DNA of 64,000 nucleotides from Nitrospinota bacterium (GCA_030754595.1 JASLZZ010000111.1:1-64000), one strand, 5' to 3'; shown: positions 49,391 through 59,432, counted from the first letter of the stretch. Notes: generated by a model from the sequence alone, not told the origin. Numbers and translations: made by a program.

Positions 49391-50182
49391 ATGAAGGATT
49401 TTATCGAGGAGACGCTCCGCGAGGCGGGCGCGATGGCGCTTTCCCTCGCCCCGGACGCCAAGGGCGAGCGGAAGGCCGACCGGAGCCTGGTCAGCGAGGC
49501 CGACCGCAGGGTGGAGACCTACATCACCGGCCGCATCGCCGATCGATTTCCGGAGGACCGGATCATCGGAGAGGAGCACGGCGACGCCAACGGCGACGCC
49601 AATAGCACCGACGCTCGGGGCCGCCGCCTCTGGGCGGTCGACCCCATCGACGGGACCAACCCGTTCCTGAACGGACTGCCGACCTGGGGGGTGTGCATCG
49701 GGGTGATGGAGGGCGGCGAGCCCATCGCGGGGGGGATTTTCCTGCCGCGCCTGAGCGAGCTACTTCTGGCCGAGCGGGGGAAGGGCGCCACCCGAAACGG
49801 GGAGGCGCTTCCGATGCTCGAGCCCGTCGAAATCGATAACCAGACCGTACTTCTCTCGCCCTCTTCACGGAAGCGTTTTTACAAGATGGACTATCCGGGG
49901 AAATCGATGGCTTACGGCTCCATCGCCGCCCACGTCACCTATGCCGTCACGGGCGGCGGCGTCGGAACCCTAGTGGACAGGCCCTACATCTGGGACATCC
50001 TCGGGCCGCTCGCCGTTCTCCGTGAGGTGGGCGGAGGCGCGTTCTACCCGGACGGCAAACCGCTCGACCTCAATACCCTCGCCAACGGCGAAAAAGAAGA
50101 GCTACCCCTGTTCTTCGGCCTCCCGGAAAACACCCGCCAGCTCTACCCGATGATCGAGATTTATCCGAGGCCGAATAAGTAG
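49391..50182 (+). CDS. Inositol monophosphatase family protein
   Basis: IIGEE, WAVDPIDGT, IWDI...REVGG. Confidence 0.9.
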   Translation: MKDFIEETLREAGAMALSLAPDAKGERKADRSLVSEADRRVETYITGRIADRFPEDRIIGEEHGDANGDANSTDARGRRLWAVDPIDGTNPFLNGLPTWGVCIGVMEGGEPIAGGIFLPRLSELLLAERGKGATRNGEALPMLEPVEIDNQTVLLSPSSRKRFYKMDYPGKSMAYGSIAAHVTYAVTGGGVGTLVDRPYIWDILGPLAVLREVGGGAFYPDGKPLDLNTLANGEKEELPLFFGLPENTRQLYPMIEIYPRPNK

Positions 50183-50228
50183 CCGTTTTCAAATTAATCA
50201 ACAGGTTCCAGGCGCGAGCATCACACCC

Positions 50229-51410
50229 CTACCCCTGAAACCCGCGGTCGAAGACGCTTTGCATCAGGCGGCCCTCCGAGAATCGGGCGAGGCGGTAATC
50301 GGAGATATCGGGCCGGGGGCAGGCGCCGATCATGATCAGCTCGGCCATCATCTCGCCGACGGCGGGCGAGAGCTTGAAGCCGTGCCCGCTCATTCCCGTG
50401 CAGATGAAATAACCCGCCGTCCCGGGGTGGCGGTCCATGATGGGCATCCAGTCGGGGGTGATGCAGTAAAGACAGCCCCAGCCCCGGAGCAGGTGCGCGT
50501 TTTCGAAATCGGGCCAGCGGGGCGTCATCCGCTTCACCACATCCAGAACGAACGCCATATCTTCTTTCTCGTTGAAATCGTCCGGGTCAACGTGTTCGGG
50601 CTCGATGTTGTCGCGCCCGATGAGCAGGAGATCCGCCCCCTCCGGGCGGAAATAGAGTTTCGTCGGCGCGTCGTAGGCCATCACTTCGACGCGCTCGCCA
50701 CCGATTCCCGCCGTCTCGAAAACGGTGTCCTGCTCGCGGATGGCCTCGGCGGGAAACCGGTCGCCGCTCAGGCCCGCCACCTTGTTCGCCCAGGCTCCCG
50801 CCGCGTTCACGACGACGGGTGAATCCACGGGCCCGCGCGGGGTGTCCACCCCCACGGCCCGGCCCCCTTCGACCCGGACGCCGGTCACCGGGCAGTTCTG
50901 GCGGATGACCGCGCCGTGTTTTCTCGCCCCGTCGGCGAACCCCATCGCCACCCCGTAGGGGTCGGCGTAGCCGCTCCTCCGCTCATAGGCCGCCCCGGCC
51001 AGATCGTCCAGCCTCGCCCAGGGGGCGAGCCGCGCCACCTCGCCCGGATCGATCCACTCGGTCTCGACTCCGAGGGAGCGAGCGAGCGAGACGTTCCTTT
51101 GGACACCCTCGGCCAGCGCCTCGTTCGCGAACACGAGATAGCCCGGCTGCTTGAAGCTCGCCTGGCCGCCGCCGGTGATCTCCTCGAAATTCTCGAAGAT
51201 ATCAAGCGAGCGCCAAGCCATCCGAATCGTGCTCTCGTTGGAATAGTGCATTCGGACGAGGGCCGAGGATTTCCCGCTGGTGCCCGAGGCGATGCCGTCG
51301 CGCTCGAGAAGAACGATTTTCCCGAAGCCGCGCCGGGCGAGCTGAAACGCGATCGAAGTGCCCATCACCCCGCCGCCGATGATGACCGCGTCCGCCGTCT
51401 CTCTCGCCAT
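50229..51410 (-). CDS. FAD-dependent oxidoreductase (DAO/sarcosine oxidase beta family)
   Basis: IIGGGVMG, VVNAAGAWA, TPDWMP, SGHGFKLSPAVG. Confidence 0.92.
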   Translation of the reverse strand: MARETADAVIIGGGVMGTSIAFQLARRGFGKIVLLERDGIASGTSGKSSALVRMHYSNESTIRMAWRSLDIFENFEEITGGGQASFKQPGYLVFANEALAEGVQRNVSLARSLGVETEWIDPGEVARLAPWARLDDLAGAAYERRSGYADPYGVAMGFADGARKHGAVIRQNCPVTGVRVEGGRAVGVDTPRGPVDSPVVVNAAGAWANKVAGLSGDRFPAEAIREQDTVFETAGIGGERVEVMAYDAPTKLYFRPEGADLLLIGRDNIEPEHVDPDDFNEKEDMAFVLDVVKRMTPRWPDFENAHLLRGWGCLYCITPDWMPIMDRHPGTAGYFICTGMSGHGFKLSPAVGEMMAELIMIGACPRPDISDYRLARFSEGRLMQSVFDRGFQG

Positions 51411-51412
51411 GC

Positions 51413-53296
51413 CTACTCCACGTCCACCCATATCGGGCTCGACCATGCCATCTCTCCGTCCGCCTGCCGCACCCGGACATAGTAATAATCCGTATCCCGT
51501 CCCGAGCTTGCGCCGTCCAGCCAGCGGCCCTCGAACGACTCGCCCCCGCCCCGGAACAGGTGGGCCGCCGAACCGTTCTTGAGAACGGAGACCTCGGAAA
51601 TTTCCGCCGTCCCCTCGGCGCGGACCACGAGTTCGCGCTCAGCAGCGGAAGGAAGAGAAATTTCGGCGCCCATCTGCGAACCGGCGAGTTCGAATTCAAG
51701 AATGATCCGCGCTCCCGTCGTCGCGTAGCAGCGCCGCTCCCAGAGCGCCCGGAAAATCCCCTCGCGGTCGAAGCGCTCCGCCCAGACACAGGCGTATCCG
51801 CCATGCCAGCCGTTCTTGAGGCGGAGGCGGTTCGAGTAGCCGGGCTGAGAGGTATGGCTGTCCGAGCCCGCGATGAAGCCCAGCCGGTAGCCTTTCTCGA
51901 GGGCGGCGGCGACGGACTGCTCCCGGTATTCGGCGGGGTTCACCAGAGGGCGCTCGCACCCTTCAGACTCGGAATTCCCCCAGATGGAATAAATCTCGAC
52001 CAGCCGCTGATAGCGGGGGTCGTGATACTCCCAGCGGGTGCCGATGATCGCGCTCGTCGAGTGATGGGGAATCGTGAGGGCGCGGCCTTCCATCCCGCCG
52101 AGTTTCGCCCAGAGTTTTTCGGGCATGTCGGATTCGGGATCGCGCGAGTCGAACTTGGGCGCATTCTCGTCCTCGAGAAAATAAACGTTTTTGTTTCCGT
52201 CCTGGCGCTCGCGCATGCCGAACCACTCATACGCCGGGAGCGCGACATAGCGGCCCGGCTCGGTGAAATCGCGGGCGCCGCCGAGGACCGCCCGCCACTC
52301 GGCGTCGCCCATCCGGTAGCCCAGCGAAGTGCACGCACCGAAATCCACCGCCGCCGCGTCCCGCGCGTAGATGTGTACATAGTCCACGATTCCCCGGGCG
52401 TCGAGGCCGGCCGGATACTCGCCGACACAGAGGCCGGTCATGCAGTGCGGATCGCCGAACAGAAGCTTTCTCTCCAGGGTTTCGGCCGCCACCCTGATCG
52501 GCGGCGTCCGCGCCGGGGGGAGCCCGTCCGCCTCCACCCCGATGCGATGGACGCCGGGATCCTCGATCGCCGCGCCCGCTATCCGGCCGATTCCGCCGCT
52601 CATCTCCTGCGGGTCCGGTAGCCTCGCCTTGCCTCCAGCGAGTGTTAAGCGGACCTCACCCCGGTAGTCCGGCACGACGTTGCCGAACCGGTCGCGCACC
52701 GCAAGTCGGATGGCGAACGGCTCGCCGGGAGCCGCCTGCGCGGGAGAGGTGGCGATGAGCCTCGCGGGCGCCTCTGGCCGGACATCGATAACAGGCGGAT
52801 CGGGCACAAGCTCCCACCGACCGTCTCCGGCGGCATCGACTGTGAAATTAAATGCGGCCGGCATGGCGAGGAGCTGCGCCCTCGCGCCCGGTATGCCCGA
52901 AGGGGTCCAGCCGTAGTCGATCTCCACCCGGTCGCCCTCCTCGAGCTGCGCGCCCGAGAGGGTGAGCATCAGGCTCGAGGGCAGGAAGGTGAGCCCGAGC
53001 TCGGGCTCCCAGAGCGAGGGCGCGAGGCTAGCGCCTTTTTTCGAGGAGGAGAAGGCACAACACCCCGGGGCGGCCGGATCGGCGAACTGGGGTGCGCTGA
53101 ACCCGTTCGGCGGGGTGAAGCGGACCGCGCCGCCCAAGGCCACACCGCTTGAGCCGGCGGTATAGGTGAACCGCCAGCGCCCGAGGCGGCCCGCCGTCAC
53201 GGGTCCGTCCGGCTCGACAACCGTGCCGCCAATCCCCTGGCCAAACTTAAAATCGCGTAACGCGCCGATGCCCCGGCCGGGATGATTCATGTCCAA
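51413..53296 (-). CDS. DUF3604 / PHP-like metallohydrolase with Ig-like N-terminal domains
   Basis: FGDPHCMT, AYEW, IPHH, VEIYSIWG, GFIAGSDSH, CYATTG, AWSSPIW. Confidence 0.8.
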   Translation of the reverse strand: MDMNHPGRGIGALRDFKFGQGIGGTVVEPDGPVTAGRLGRWRFTYTAGSSGVALGGAVRFTPPNGFSAPQFADPAAPGCCAFSSSKKGASLAPSLWEPELGLTFLPSSLMLTLSGAQLEEGDRVEIDYGWTPSGIPGARAQLLAMPAAFNFTVDAAGDGRWELVPDPPVIDVRPEAPARLIATSPAQAAPGEPFAIRLAVRDRFGNVVPDYRGEVRLTLAGGKARLPDPQEMSGGIGRIAGAAIEDPGVHRIGVEADGLPPARTPPIRVAAETLERKLLFGDPHCMTGLCVGEYPAGLDARGIVDYVHIYARDAAAVDFGACTSLGYRMGDAEWRAVLGGARDFTEPGRYVALPAYEWFGMRERQDGNKNVYFLEDENAPKFDSRDPESDMPEKLWAKLGGMEGRALTIPHHSTSAIIGTRWEYHDPRYQRLVEIYSIWGNSESEGCERPLVNPAEYREQSVAAALEKGYRLGFIAGSDSHTSQPGYSNRLRLKNGWHGGYACVWAERFDREGIFRALWERRCYATTGARIILEFELAGSQMGAEISLPSAAERELVVRAEGTAEISEVSVLKNGSAAHLFRGGGESFEGRWLDGASSGRDTDYYYVRVRQADGEMAWSSPIWVDVE

Positions 53297-53408
53297 GTCC
53301 TCGAAATTTTCAAGCCCGAAATTTACACGGAGAAATGCAGATTACCAGATGAGGCTGGCGGCGGCGACGCGGGGGAATGGATGCTTCCGCCCTCTGTGGG
53401 GCGGAGGG

Positions 53409-54647
53409 CTACCGGTTTCCGATGGCGAGCTTCACCGCGTCCGGATGACCGCGCAGACGCGCCATCGCCAATACGCCGAGGAATGGCCCGGCCGCCAGAA
53501 AAGCGAAGGCGTACTCCCAACCCAACGCCTCGGTCAGCGGCGGGATCATGTGAATGGTGAACATCGTGAGAAGAAAACCGGCGCAGGTCTGGACGGTCAC
53601 CATCGTACCGATGAGCGCCGGATCGGAAAGCTCCTTGACGCTCGCCGAGAACTGCGCCGAGTCCGCGACCACTGCCAGGCCCCACACGAGACACAGTGCA
53701 GCTACCAGCCAGGGGTTGCCGCCAAAGAGAAAACCGACGGTGAGCGCGCAGACCCCGCTCAGCGCCATCGCACCCATCGTCAGTGTGGTCCAGCCCAGCC
53801 GATCCGCGAAAAGTCCCCCAAGCAGGCTGCCTATCGCGCCCATGCCGATAACGGCGAAGGTGATTAACTTTGCGTAGAAAGCGGCCCTTCCGCCATCCGG
53901 CCTCAGGGCGAAACTCGCGTTTAGGAACAAACCGATCCAGGCCCACATGGCGTAGAGTTCCCACATGTGGCCGAAGTAGCCCAGGTTTGCGAGACGAAGC
54001 GATTTTTTCCGCCAGGCCTTAAGAGCGAAGGACGGGCGGAAGCTGGACGGGCGGCCGAGATTGGGACCGAGTCTGAACAGGAGAATAAGGACCGACGAAA
54101 GCGCCGCCAACCCCGAGGAGGCCGCCAGCGTAAAGCGCCAGTCGATACCGCCCAGAGCGCCGATCAGGTGCGGGGAAGCGGAGCCAAGCGTCAGGGCTCC
54201 CACAAGAAGGCCTACGAGGAGCCCCATATCGGCCCGCGCCCAGGTCGATGCCATCTTCATCTCGACCGGGTAGACTCCAGCCATGCAGGCGCCTACGGCG
54301 AACCGCAATACCGGAACCGCCCGCGATGCCGGGTCAACCCACAGAATCGAGAGATTGGCGGCGGCGGCGTTCAGGGCCGAAACCATGAAAAACCGCCGGG
54401 GGTCGAAACGGTCCGCCAGCCCGAGGACGGCGCTCGTCAGCGTGCCCGCGACGAAACCGGCCGAGACGCTGCTCGATATCAGGGAGGCCTGAAGGTCGCT
54501 GAGACCGTATTCCAGCCGAAGAGCGGGAAGCACCGCCGAAGCCGAAAACCACAGCGCCATCGCCAGCACTTCGCATACGGCGAGCAGCGTCACGGAGGCC
54601 CATTTGCCGCTGAGATCGGCCTCTGGTTGTGCTCTAGGTTCCGCCAT
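53409..54647 (-). CDS. MFS transporter
   Basis: LWFSASAV, GYFGHMWELYAMWAW, ADSAQFS. Confidence 0.9.
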   Translation of the reverse strand: MAEPRAQPEADLSGKWASVTLLAVCEVLAMALWFSASAVLPALRLEYGLSDLQASLISSSVSAGFVAGTLTSAVLGLADRFDPRRFFMVSALNAAAANLSILWVDPASRAVPVLRFAVGACMAGVYPVEMKMASTWARADMGLLVGLLVGALTLGSASPHLIGALGGIDWRFTLAASSGLAALSSVLILLFRLGPNLGRPSSFRPSFALKAWRKKSLRLANLGYFGHMWELYAMWAWIGLFLNASFALRPDGGRAAFYAKLITFAVIGMGAIGSLLGGLFADRLGWTTLTMGAMALSGVCALTVGFLFGGNPWLVAALCLVWGLAVVADSAQFSASVKELSDPALIGTMVTVQTCAGFLLTMFTIHMIPPLTEALGWEYAFAFLAAGPFLGVLAMARLRGHPDAVKLAIGNR

Positions 54648-54656
54648 GGAAGCGCT

Positions 54657-55043
54657 TTACATCACCCTTCCCGAGGTGTGCGACGAGGTCATGGTGAGGA
54701 TGTAGCCGTCCGGAGCGGGGATGGTGAACTCGGTGTGAATGTGGCCCTTCTCGAAACCCGAGGGCTGAAGGCCCCGCGCCTCGTATTCCTTCCGGGTGGC
54801 CTCGTTATCGTCCACCATCAGGTCAAAGGGAATCTTCGTTCCGGGCGGGATGGGAGCCTTGGCCCGGAACAATTGAATATGGCTCCCTCCCCTGAGTTCC
54901 AGGACCGCGAATTCATCCCGCCGGACAATTTCCCGGATTCCGAGACCAACAAAAAACTCCGTGGACGCGTCGATGTCCGACACATCGAGAGCGACATGCC
55001 CGAGGGCGGCCAGGGGCCGATCGTCGTTCACGTATTTCGCCAT
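54657..55043 (-). CDS. VOC (glyoxalase/bleomycin resistance) family protein
   Basis: GHVALDVSD, VLELRGGSH, FDLMVDD, PDG. Confidence 0.82.
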   Translation of the reverse strand: MAKYVNDDRPLAALGHVALDVSDIDASTEFFVGLGIREIVRRDEFAVLELRGGSHIQLFRAKAPIPPGTKIPFDLMVDDNEATRKEYEARGLQPSGFEKGHIHTEFTIPAPDGYILTMTSSHTSGRVM

Positions 55044-55205
55044 GACAGTTTCCTTGTCTTCAAACGGAAAATTTTTCGTAACACATCCGGACTTTCCCCT
55101 GCTTTCCAAAGCCGCCTATTAAAAAAATAGACATAAAAAATTTGCTGGGGATATATAAATAGTTTGTCAGATAATGCCAGCATTAATAAATCTATGGTCT
55201 GGATT

Positions 55206-56180
55206 TTATTTTTTTATGTTAGCGAGAAAATCTTTGGCAATGTTAGCCGCCTGATCCGCGGGAGACCTCGGAGGCTTCCTGAAGTCGTACCGGTCAGGGG
55301 AGAGCGCTGAAACCAAATCTTGCAGGGCGTTTGCGCTCTGCGGCTCCATTCAATCCACCTTCCTCGATACTAAAACCAATGCATCGGCGCGCGCATCGTA
55401 AAAAGCCGCAAGCCGCGTATAATAACGGAACATGGTGACCAGAATTTGCACCAGAAACAACGCCAAGGCCACCATGCTAACCCTTGTCGCGAACTGTGAA
55501 GCGATAATCGCGACATTGAGTTCTTGCGGTTTGGCTAAGGAAAGCTGGGCCTTAAGGCGTTCCCGTCTCTCTCTTGCAGTTGTCAATTCTCCGCTCAATT
55601 TTCCCCGCTGAATTCGAGCATCCTGCCTTTTTGCTTTGGACTTTTCGAATTTATCGATATCTTTTAGCCTTTCTAAAACCCCCACCGACTTGGCTTTAAG
55701 AACGGCATTCTTTCTCAAAAGTTCTTTTATGCGTTTCCGGGCTTCTTCAATTTCCTTTGGTTTGTATATTTTAGGACGACTTGCAATTTCCTAGTTTTCC
55801 AAAATGTCATTGTTATTTAAGGCCAACTGGGCTTCTAAATGAGCCATATCTTCTTTGGGTATAGCTTTTATTCCAGGGCTTTTTTCGGCGGGAAAATCAA
55901 ACTGCGATTTGGCCTGGTTTATCTTTCCGCTAATTTGTCCAAGAATTTCTTCGTTTTTATACAATGCCGCTTCCAATGCCGACGTGCCCATGAACTCCTC
56001 CTTGACCAGTTCTCCCGCCATCTGGTAGGCCAAAATACCCAAATAGATTGCCCCAACGATCAAAATAAACGAACAGGCGGCAGCCCACTTGTAGCGATAG
56101 GAGCGTTTTCGAAGTAAGCGGATCAAATAATTTATTCGATATATACGCTTGATGGGCCGGAGAATTCCACGGCCGAGCTC
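55206..56180 (-). pseudogene. AT-rich coiled-coil membrane hypothetical protein with two in-frame stops
   Basis: One frame from ~56180 to TAA 55206-08, interrupted by TAG 55791-93 and TGA 55350-52; FLVQILV..FRY..RLAAFYDARADAL...ALSP..DF; start uncertain. Confidence 0.7.
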
Positions 56181-56257
56181 CAACCTCGGGACAATAAATA
56201 TTATCGAATTTGAGTTATTGTAGATAAACAAATAGCCACAAACAAGAGCGCGATTTT

Positions 56258-56956
56258 TCAGTCCCACTCGAGTAGAGCGACGTACCCCTCCTCGGGGACG
56301 GAGGCGGCGGCGGGCAGCCCCTCTGCGGCCTTATGGTGTTGTATCGTCTTGAGGTGGACAAAGGCCTCCCAGACGATATGGCGCATGGCGCTCTCGAGGG
56401 TCTGATGAAAAAGACAGGGGTCTTTTTCGTCGCGCCGAAGCCCCGTCCGGTGCGCGGGAAGCACCAGCGTCTCGAAATAATCGATCGCCCGCTCACCGGT
56501 GGCCCAGGTGCGTCCGGGCTCGATTCGCCGGGCAAGAGTCTTATCGCGTAGCGAGCCGAGGGTCTCTCGCCCGAGGATATTCCATCCCTCGCCGAAGCCC
56601 GCCTCCAGAACACCCAGAATTTCCGACATCCGGCGGTACCTCCCCGGATCGAGCATCCGGTCGGCGCCCCCGGTTTCCACGCGATCCGCGCCCGGTGGAG
56701 CCGCTCCCCCGAAAAGAATTTCTTTCCAGAAAACATAAAAAATCAGGGGAGGGATCCAAGCCACGTGGCTCACCTGCTCGTGGATTGACCACCCGCCCCA
56801 GCCCTTTTCGGGACGGCGGCGGTCCAGGATATCGTCCCCCAACCCTTCGACCTCATTGGCGAACAGGCGGGGAATCGCCTCAAACTCCGGGAATACCTCC
56901 CGGCCGGGCGCGGCGGGTTCGTCCTTCGGCAAAGCGCCTCCTCCCTCATTGCGCAT
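56258..56956 (-). CDS. DinB-like family protein
   Basis: WSIHEQVSHV, RHIVWEAFVHLKTIQ. Confidence 0.7.
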   Translation of the reverse strand: MRNEGGGALPKDEPAAPGREVFPEFEAIPRLFANEVEGLGDDILDRRRPEKGWGGWSIHEQVSHVAWIPPLIFYVFWKEILFGGAAPPGADRVETGGADRMLDPGRYRRMSEILGVLEAGFGEGWNILGRETLGSLRDKTLARRIEPGRTWATGERAIDYFETLVLPAHRTGLRRDEKDPCLFHQTLESAMRHIVWEAFVHLKTIQHHKAAEGLPAAASVPEEGYVALLEWD

Positions 56957-57054
56957 TGTGCGCGGGCCTTCTCTCGTCTATCATTTCTGGAAATATCAGG
57001 GCAATCCATCCGGTGCGCCGGCACCGAATCGTCTCCCGGCGGGGAGGAGAAAAG

Positions 57055-57777
57055 ATGACTGACTGGAAGAAAAAACTCGGCTTTATCGTACCCTCGTGGA
57101 ACACCGTGATGGAATACGAGTGCCAGCGCCTGGCGCCCGAGGGCGTCTCGGTCCACTTCACGCGCATCAAGCACACCGACGACGAGGAGGAGACCCTCCT
57201 CCACATGATCGAGAAAATCCCTCACCTGGCGGACCTGCTCGCCCACGCGAGCCTCGACGCCCTGTGCTTCGGATGCACGGGGGGCAGCTTCGTCCGCCCG
57301 GGCATGGATCAGGAGATCACCGACCTCATCGAGGAGCGCACCGGAATTCCCGCGACGACGACCTCGACCGCTCTCGTCGAGGCCATGCGCGCCATGGGCG
57401 TCGCCCGCGTCGCCATCGCCTCGCCCTATCCCCGGTGGCTGAACGAGAGACTTGTCAGCCACCTCGAAGGAAAAGGAATCGAGACCGTCGCTGAAAAGGG
57501 GCTCGACACCGAGTGCCCGGCGTTCCTGCCCCCCGAGCGCTCGATGGCGCTTGCCCGCGAGGTGGATTCCCCCGATGCGGACGGCATCTTCATCAGCTGC
57601 ACGAATTTTCGCGCCCTCGAGGGCGTCGAGGCGCTCGAAGCCGAACTCGGCAAGCCGGTGCTGACCAGCAACACCACCGCTCTCTGGCACACCCTCCTGA
57701 AATCGGGCTTCGACGAGCCGGTTTCGGGCGGCGGACGCCTCCTCCGGGAAAGACTCGCCCCCGCCCGAAAGGGCTGA
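57055..57777 (+). CDS. Maleate cis-trans isomerase / Asp-Glu racemase family
   Basis: GFIVPSWNTVME, FGCTGG, SPY, ISCTNF, KPVLTSN. Confidence 0.9.
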   Translation: MTDWKKKLGFIVPSWNTVMEYECQRLAPEGVSVHFTRIKHTDDEEETLLHMIEKIPHLADLLAHASLDALCFGCTGGSFVRPGMDQEITDLIEERTGIPATTTSTALVEAMRAMGVARVAIASPYPRWLNERLVSHLEGKGIETVAEKGLDTECPAFLPPERSMALAREVDSPDADGIFISCTNFRALEGVEALEAELGKPVLTSNTTALWHTLLKSGFDEPVSGGGRLLRERLAPARKG

Positions 57778-57796
57778 GAGCCCCTCAATAAAATCA

Positions 57797-57834
57797 AAGC
57801 CCCCCCCCGGCCCTGCGGCGAGGGGGGCTTTTTT
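57797..57834. terminator. Probable bidirectional intrinsic terminator
   Basis: AAAGCCCCCC...GGGGGGCTTTTTT between convergent genes. Confidence 0.7.
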
Positions 57835-57847
57835 CTCCCTGCACCCA

Positions 57848-58306
57848 TCATGCGGCGAGGACCATCTTCGCTTCGGTCAAAATTCCTTCGCGCTCGCGCT
57901 CCCTCGCGGGCCCCGCGGCCAGACGCGCCGGCGCCGCAGCCAGAGGTGTCGAAAATGCGGCCTCTTCGATGACACCCTTGAGCGCTCTCCGCATCGCGGG
58001 CCGCAGGGCGGCTGCATCAAGCAGCGCCCCGAGTAAGCCCCAACCGGGGTGATAATTCACCGTGACGGCCACTTCGGATGAGCCCTCTCCCGCGTGACGG
58101 ACGCTCAGGCATGCCTTGGCGCTATGGAGCGGAACCGAGATTCCCGGGAGACCGACGCCCACGCCGCCGCCCTCCACCCATCCGGCGATCTCATCGGCGA
58201 TCTCGTCGCTCAGGGCGCGCAGGCCAAACCTTTCTTTTTTCGAGACGGCCTCCCACATCTCCTCCGCGGACGCGCCGGTTTTTTTTCTCACTATCAAACG
58301 GTTCAT
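57848..58306 (-). CDS. Hypothetical protein, SRPBCC-like
   Basis: AAGGAG SD; ASAEEMWE...VTVNYHPGWGLLGALLD pattern. Confidence 0.55.
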   Translation of the reverse strand: MNRLIVRKKTGASAEEMWEAVSKKERFGLRALSDEIADEIAGWVEGGGVGVGLPGISVPLHSAKACLSVRHAGEGSSEVAVTVNYHPGWGLLGALLDAAALRPAMRRALKGVIEEAAFSTPLAAAPARLAAGPAREREREGILTEAKMVLAA

Positions 58307-58349
58307 TTTTATCTCCTTCCTTGGCCGAGATCCGCCCCGGCGTCCGTGA

Positions 58350-58691
58350 CTAAAGAACCTGTCCGATAAGCGCCTCGATATCGGTCCTGCTCTGGACGCC
58401 CACCGCTTGCCCGGTAACTTCACCCCCCTTGAACAACAGGAGCGAGGGGATTCTCCGGATGCTGAACCGGGATGCTGTGCCCGGGTTTTCGTCGACGTTC
58501 ATCTTTCCGATCCGCACCTTCCCGGCGAACTTTTCGGCAAGCTTCTTGATGACTGGTCCAACGGTTTTGCAGGGTCCGAACCACTCGGCCCAAAAATCCA
58601 CCAGGACCGGAATCTTCGAACCGATGACATCGGACTCGAAATTCTCGTCCGTAAAATGGGCGGTGGCTGTGTGTGCACTGATTTGACTAAT
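58350..58691 (-). pseudogene. trxA: Thioredoxin with ATT at start position and WFGPC active site
   Basis: AGGAGG-9nt-ATT; FTDENFESDV..SKIPVLVDFWAEWFGPCK...KMNVDENP...IPSLLLFKGG. Confidence 0.82.
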
Positions 58692-58749
58692 TTGGCTGTC
58701 CTCCTTCTTGAGTTTGGCTTGAATTCGGCGGTTGAAATCCCGCCCGTTA

Positions 58750-58767
58750 TTGGACCGTTCGGTCCAA
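58750..58767. promoter_or_regulatory. TetR-type operator palindrome TTGGACCG-TT-CGGTCCAA
   Basis: Perfect 8-bp inverted repeat between tetR and trx; related copy at 59415-59432. Confidence 0.75.
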
Positions 58768-58781
58768 GTTCCACAAAAAAA

Positions 58782-59360
58782 TTATTCCAGGGCCATAAGC
58801 GTTACCTGTGCGACCTCCTTCATTTTCCTTTGATCCATTCCGGCCATGGCGGATACGAGCAGACCGTTCTCGCAGCTGAGCAAATATCTCGCGAGCGAGC
58901 GGGCGTCTCGAGAGGGCGGAATCTCGCCGGCTTTTTGACCCCGAATCACCGCCCTGTGATACGCATCCTCTATACGATCCATACCCAGGGCGATTTGCTC
59001 CGCCACGGCGCGGTTCCTCTGCGCGAACTCCACCGCGCAATTGCACAAAAAACATCCGCGCTCTCCATACTGCTCTCCGTATTCGACAAAGTAGGCAAAA
59101 ATATTTTCAATGGCCTTTTTCCCCGATGCCTCACCGTCGAGCATTTTCACAGCGGCTTCCACCCGGGTCTCGTTATAACTTCCGATGGCGGCCATAAATA
59201 ACTCGTACTTGCTCCCGAAGGTTACGTAAAAACTGCTTTTGCTGATTTCCATCGCGGAGATCAGATCCTGAAGCGATGTCGCCTCGTAGCCTTTTCCCCA
59301 GAAAACCTCCATCGCCTGGGCGAGGGCTTCGGTTTCGCTAAATTCCTTGGCACGCGGCAT
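58782..59360 (-). CDS. TetR family regulator (NemR/ComR-like)
   Basis: MPRAKEF...AMEVFWGKGYEATSLQDL...SSFY..FGSK; GCFLCN. Confidence 0.92.
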   Translation of the reverse strand: MPRAKEFSETEALAQAMEVFWGKGYEATSLQDLISAMEISKSSFYVTFGSKYELFMAAIGSYNETRVEAAVKMLDGEASGKKAIENIFAYFVEYGEQYGERGCFLCNCAVEFAQRNRAVAEQIALGMDRIEDAYHRAVIRGQKAGEIPPSRDARSLARYLLSCENGLLVSAMAGMDQRKMKEVAQVTLMALE

Positions 59361-59414
59361 GGCGCCTTCCTCGTAAAATCGCTTTCGAATCAACCTGGGA
59401 AAAATATACACGTT

Positions 59415-59432
59415 CTGAACCAATCGGTCCAG
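59415..59432. promoter_or_regulatory. Second TetR operator CTGAACCAATCGGTCCAG
   Basis: Imperfect copy of the 58750 palindrome directly upstream of tetR. Confidence 0.65.

Noticed and set aside
47130..49394. 754-aa plus-strand ORF (also 41414..43090, 4204..5337, 53967..55130 and similar)
   Set aside because: Antisense shadows of the MATE/rSAM, PrpD, NFACT and MFS genes; expected in high-GC DNA and without motifs.
20066..55793. Stop-codon reassignment or Sec/Pyl readthrough to explain in-frame TAG/TGA
   Set aside because: All three stops terminate intact core genes here. The interrupted genes mix TAG, TGA and TAA, and some also carry frameshifts or deletions, so decay is simpler.
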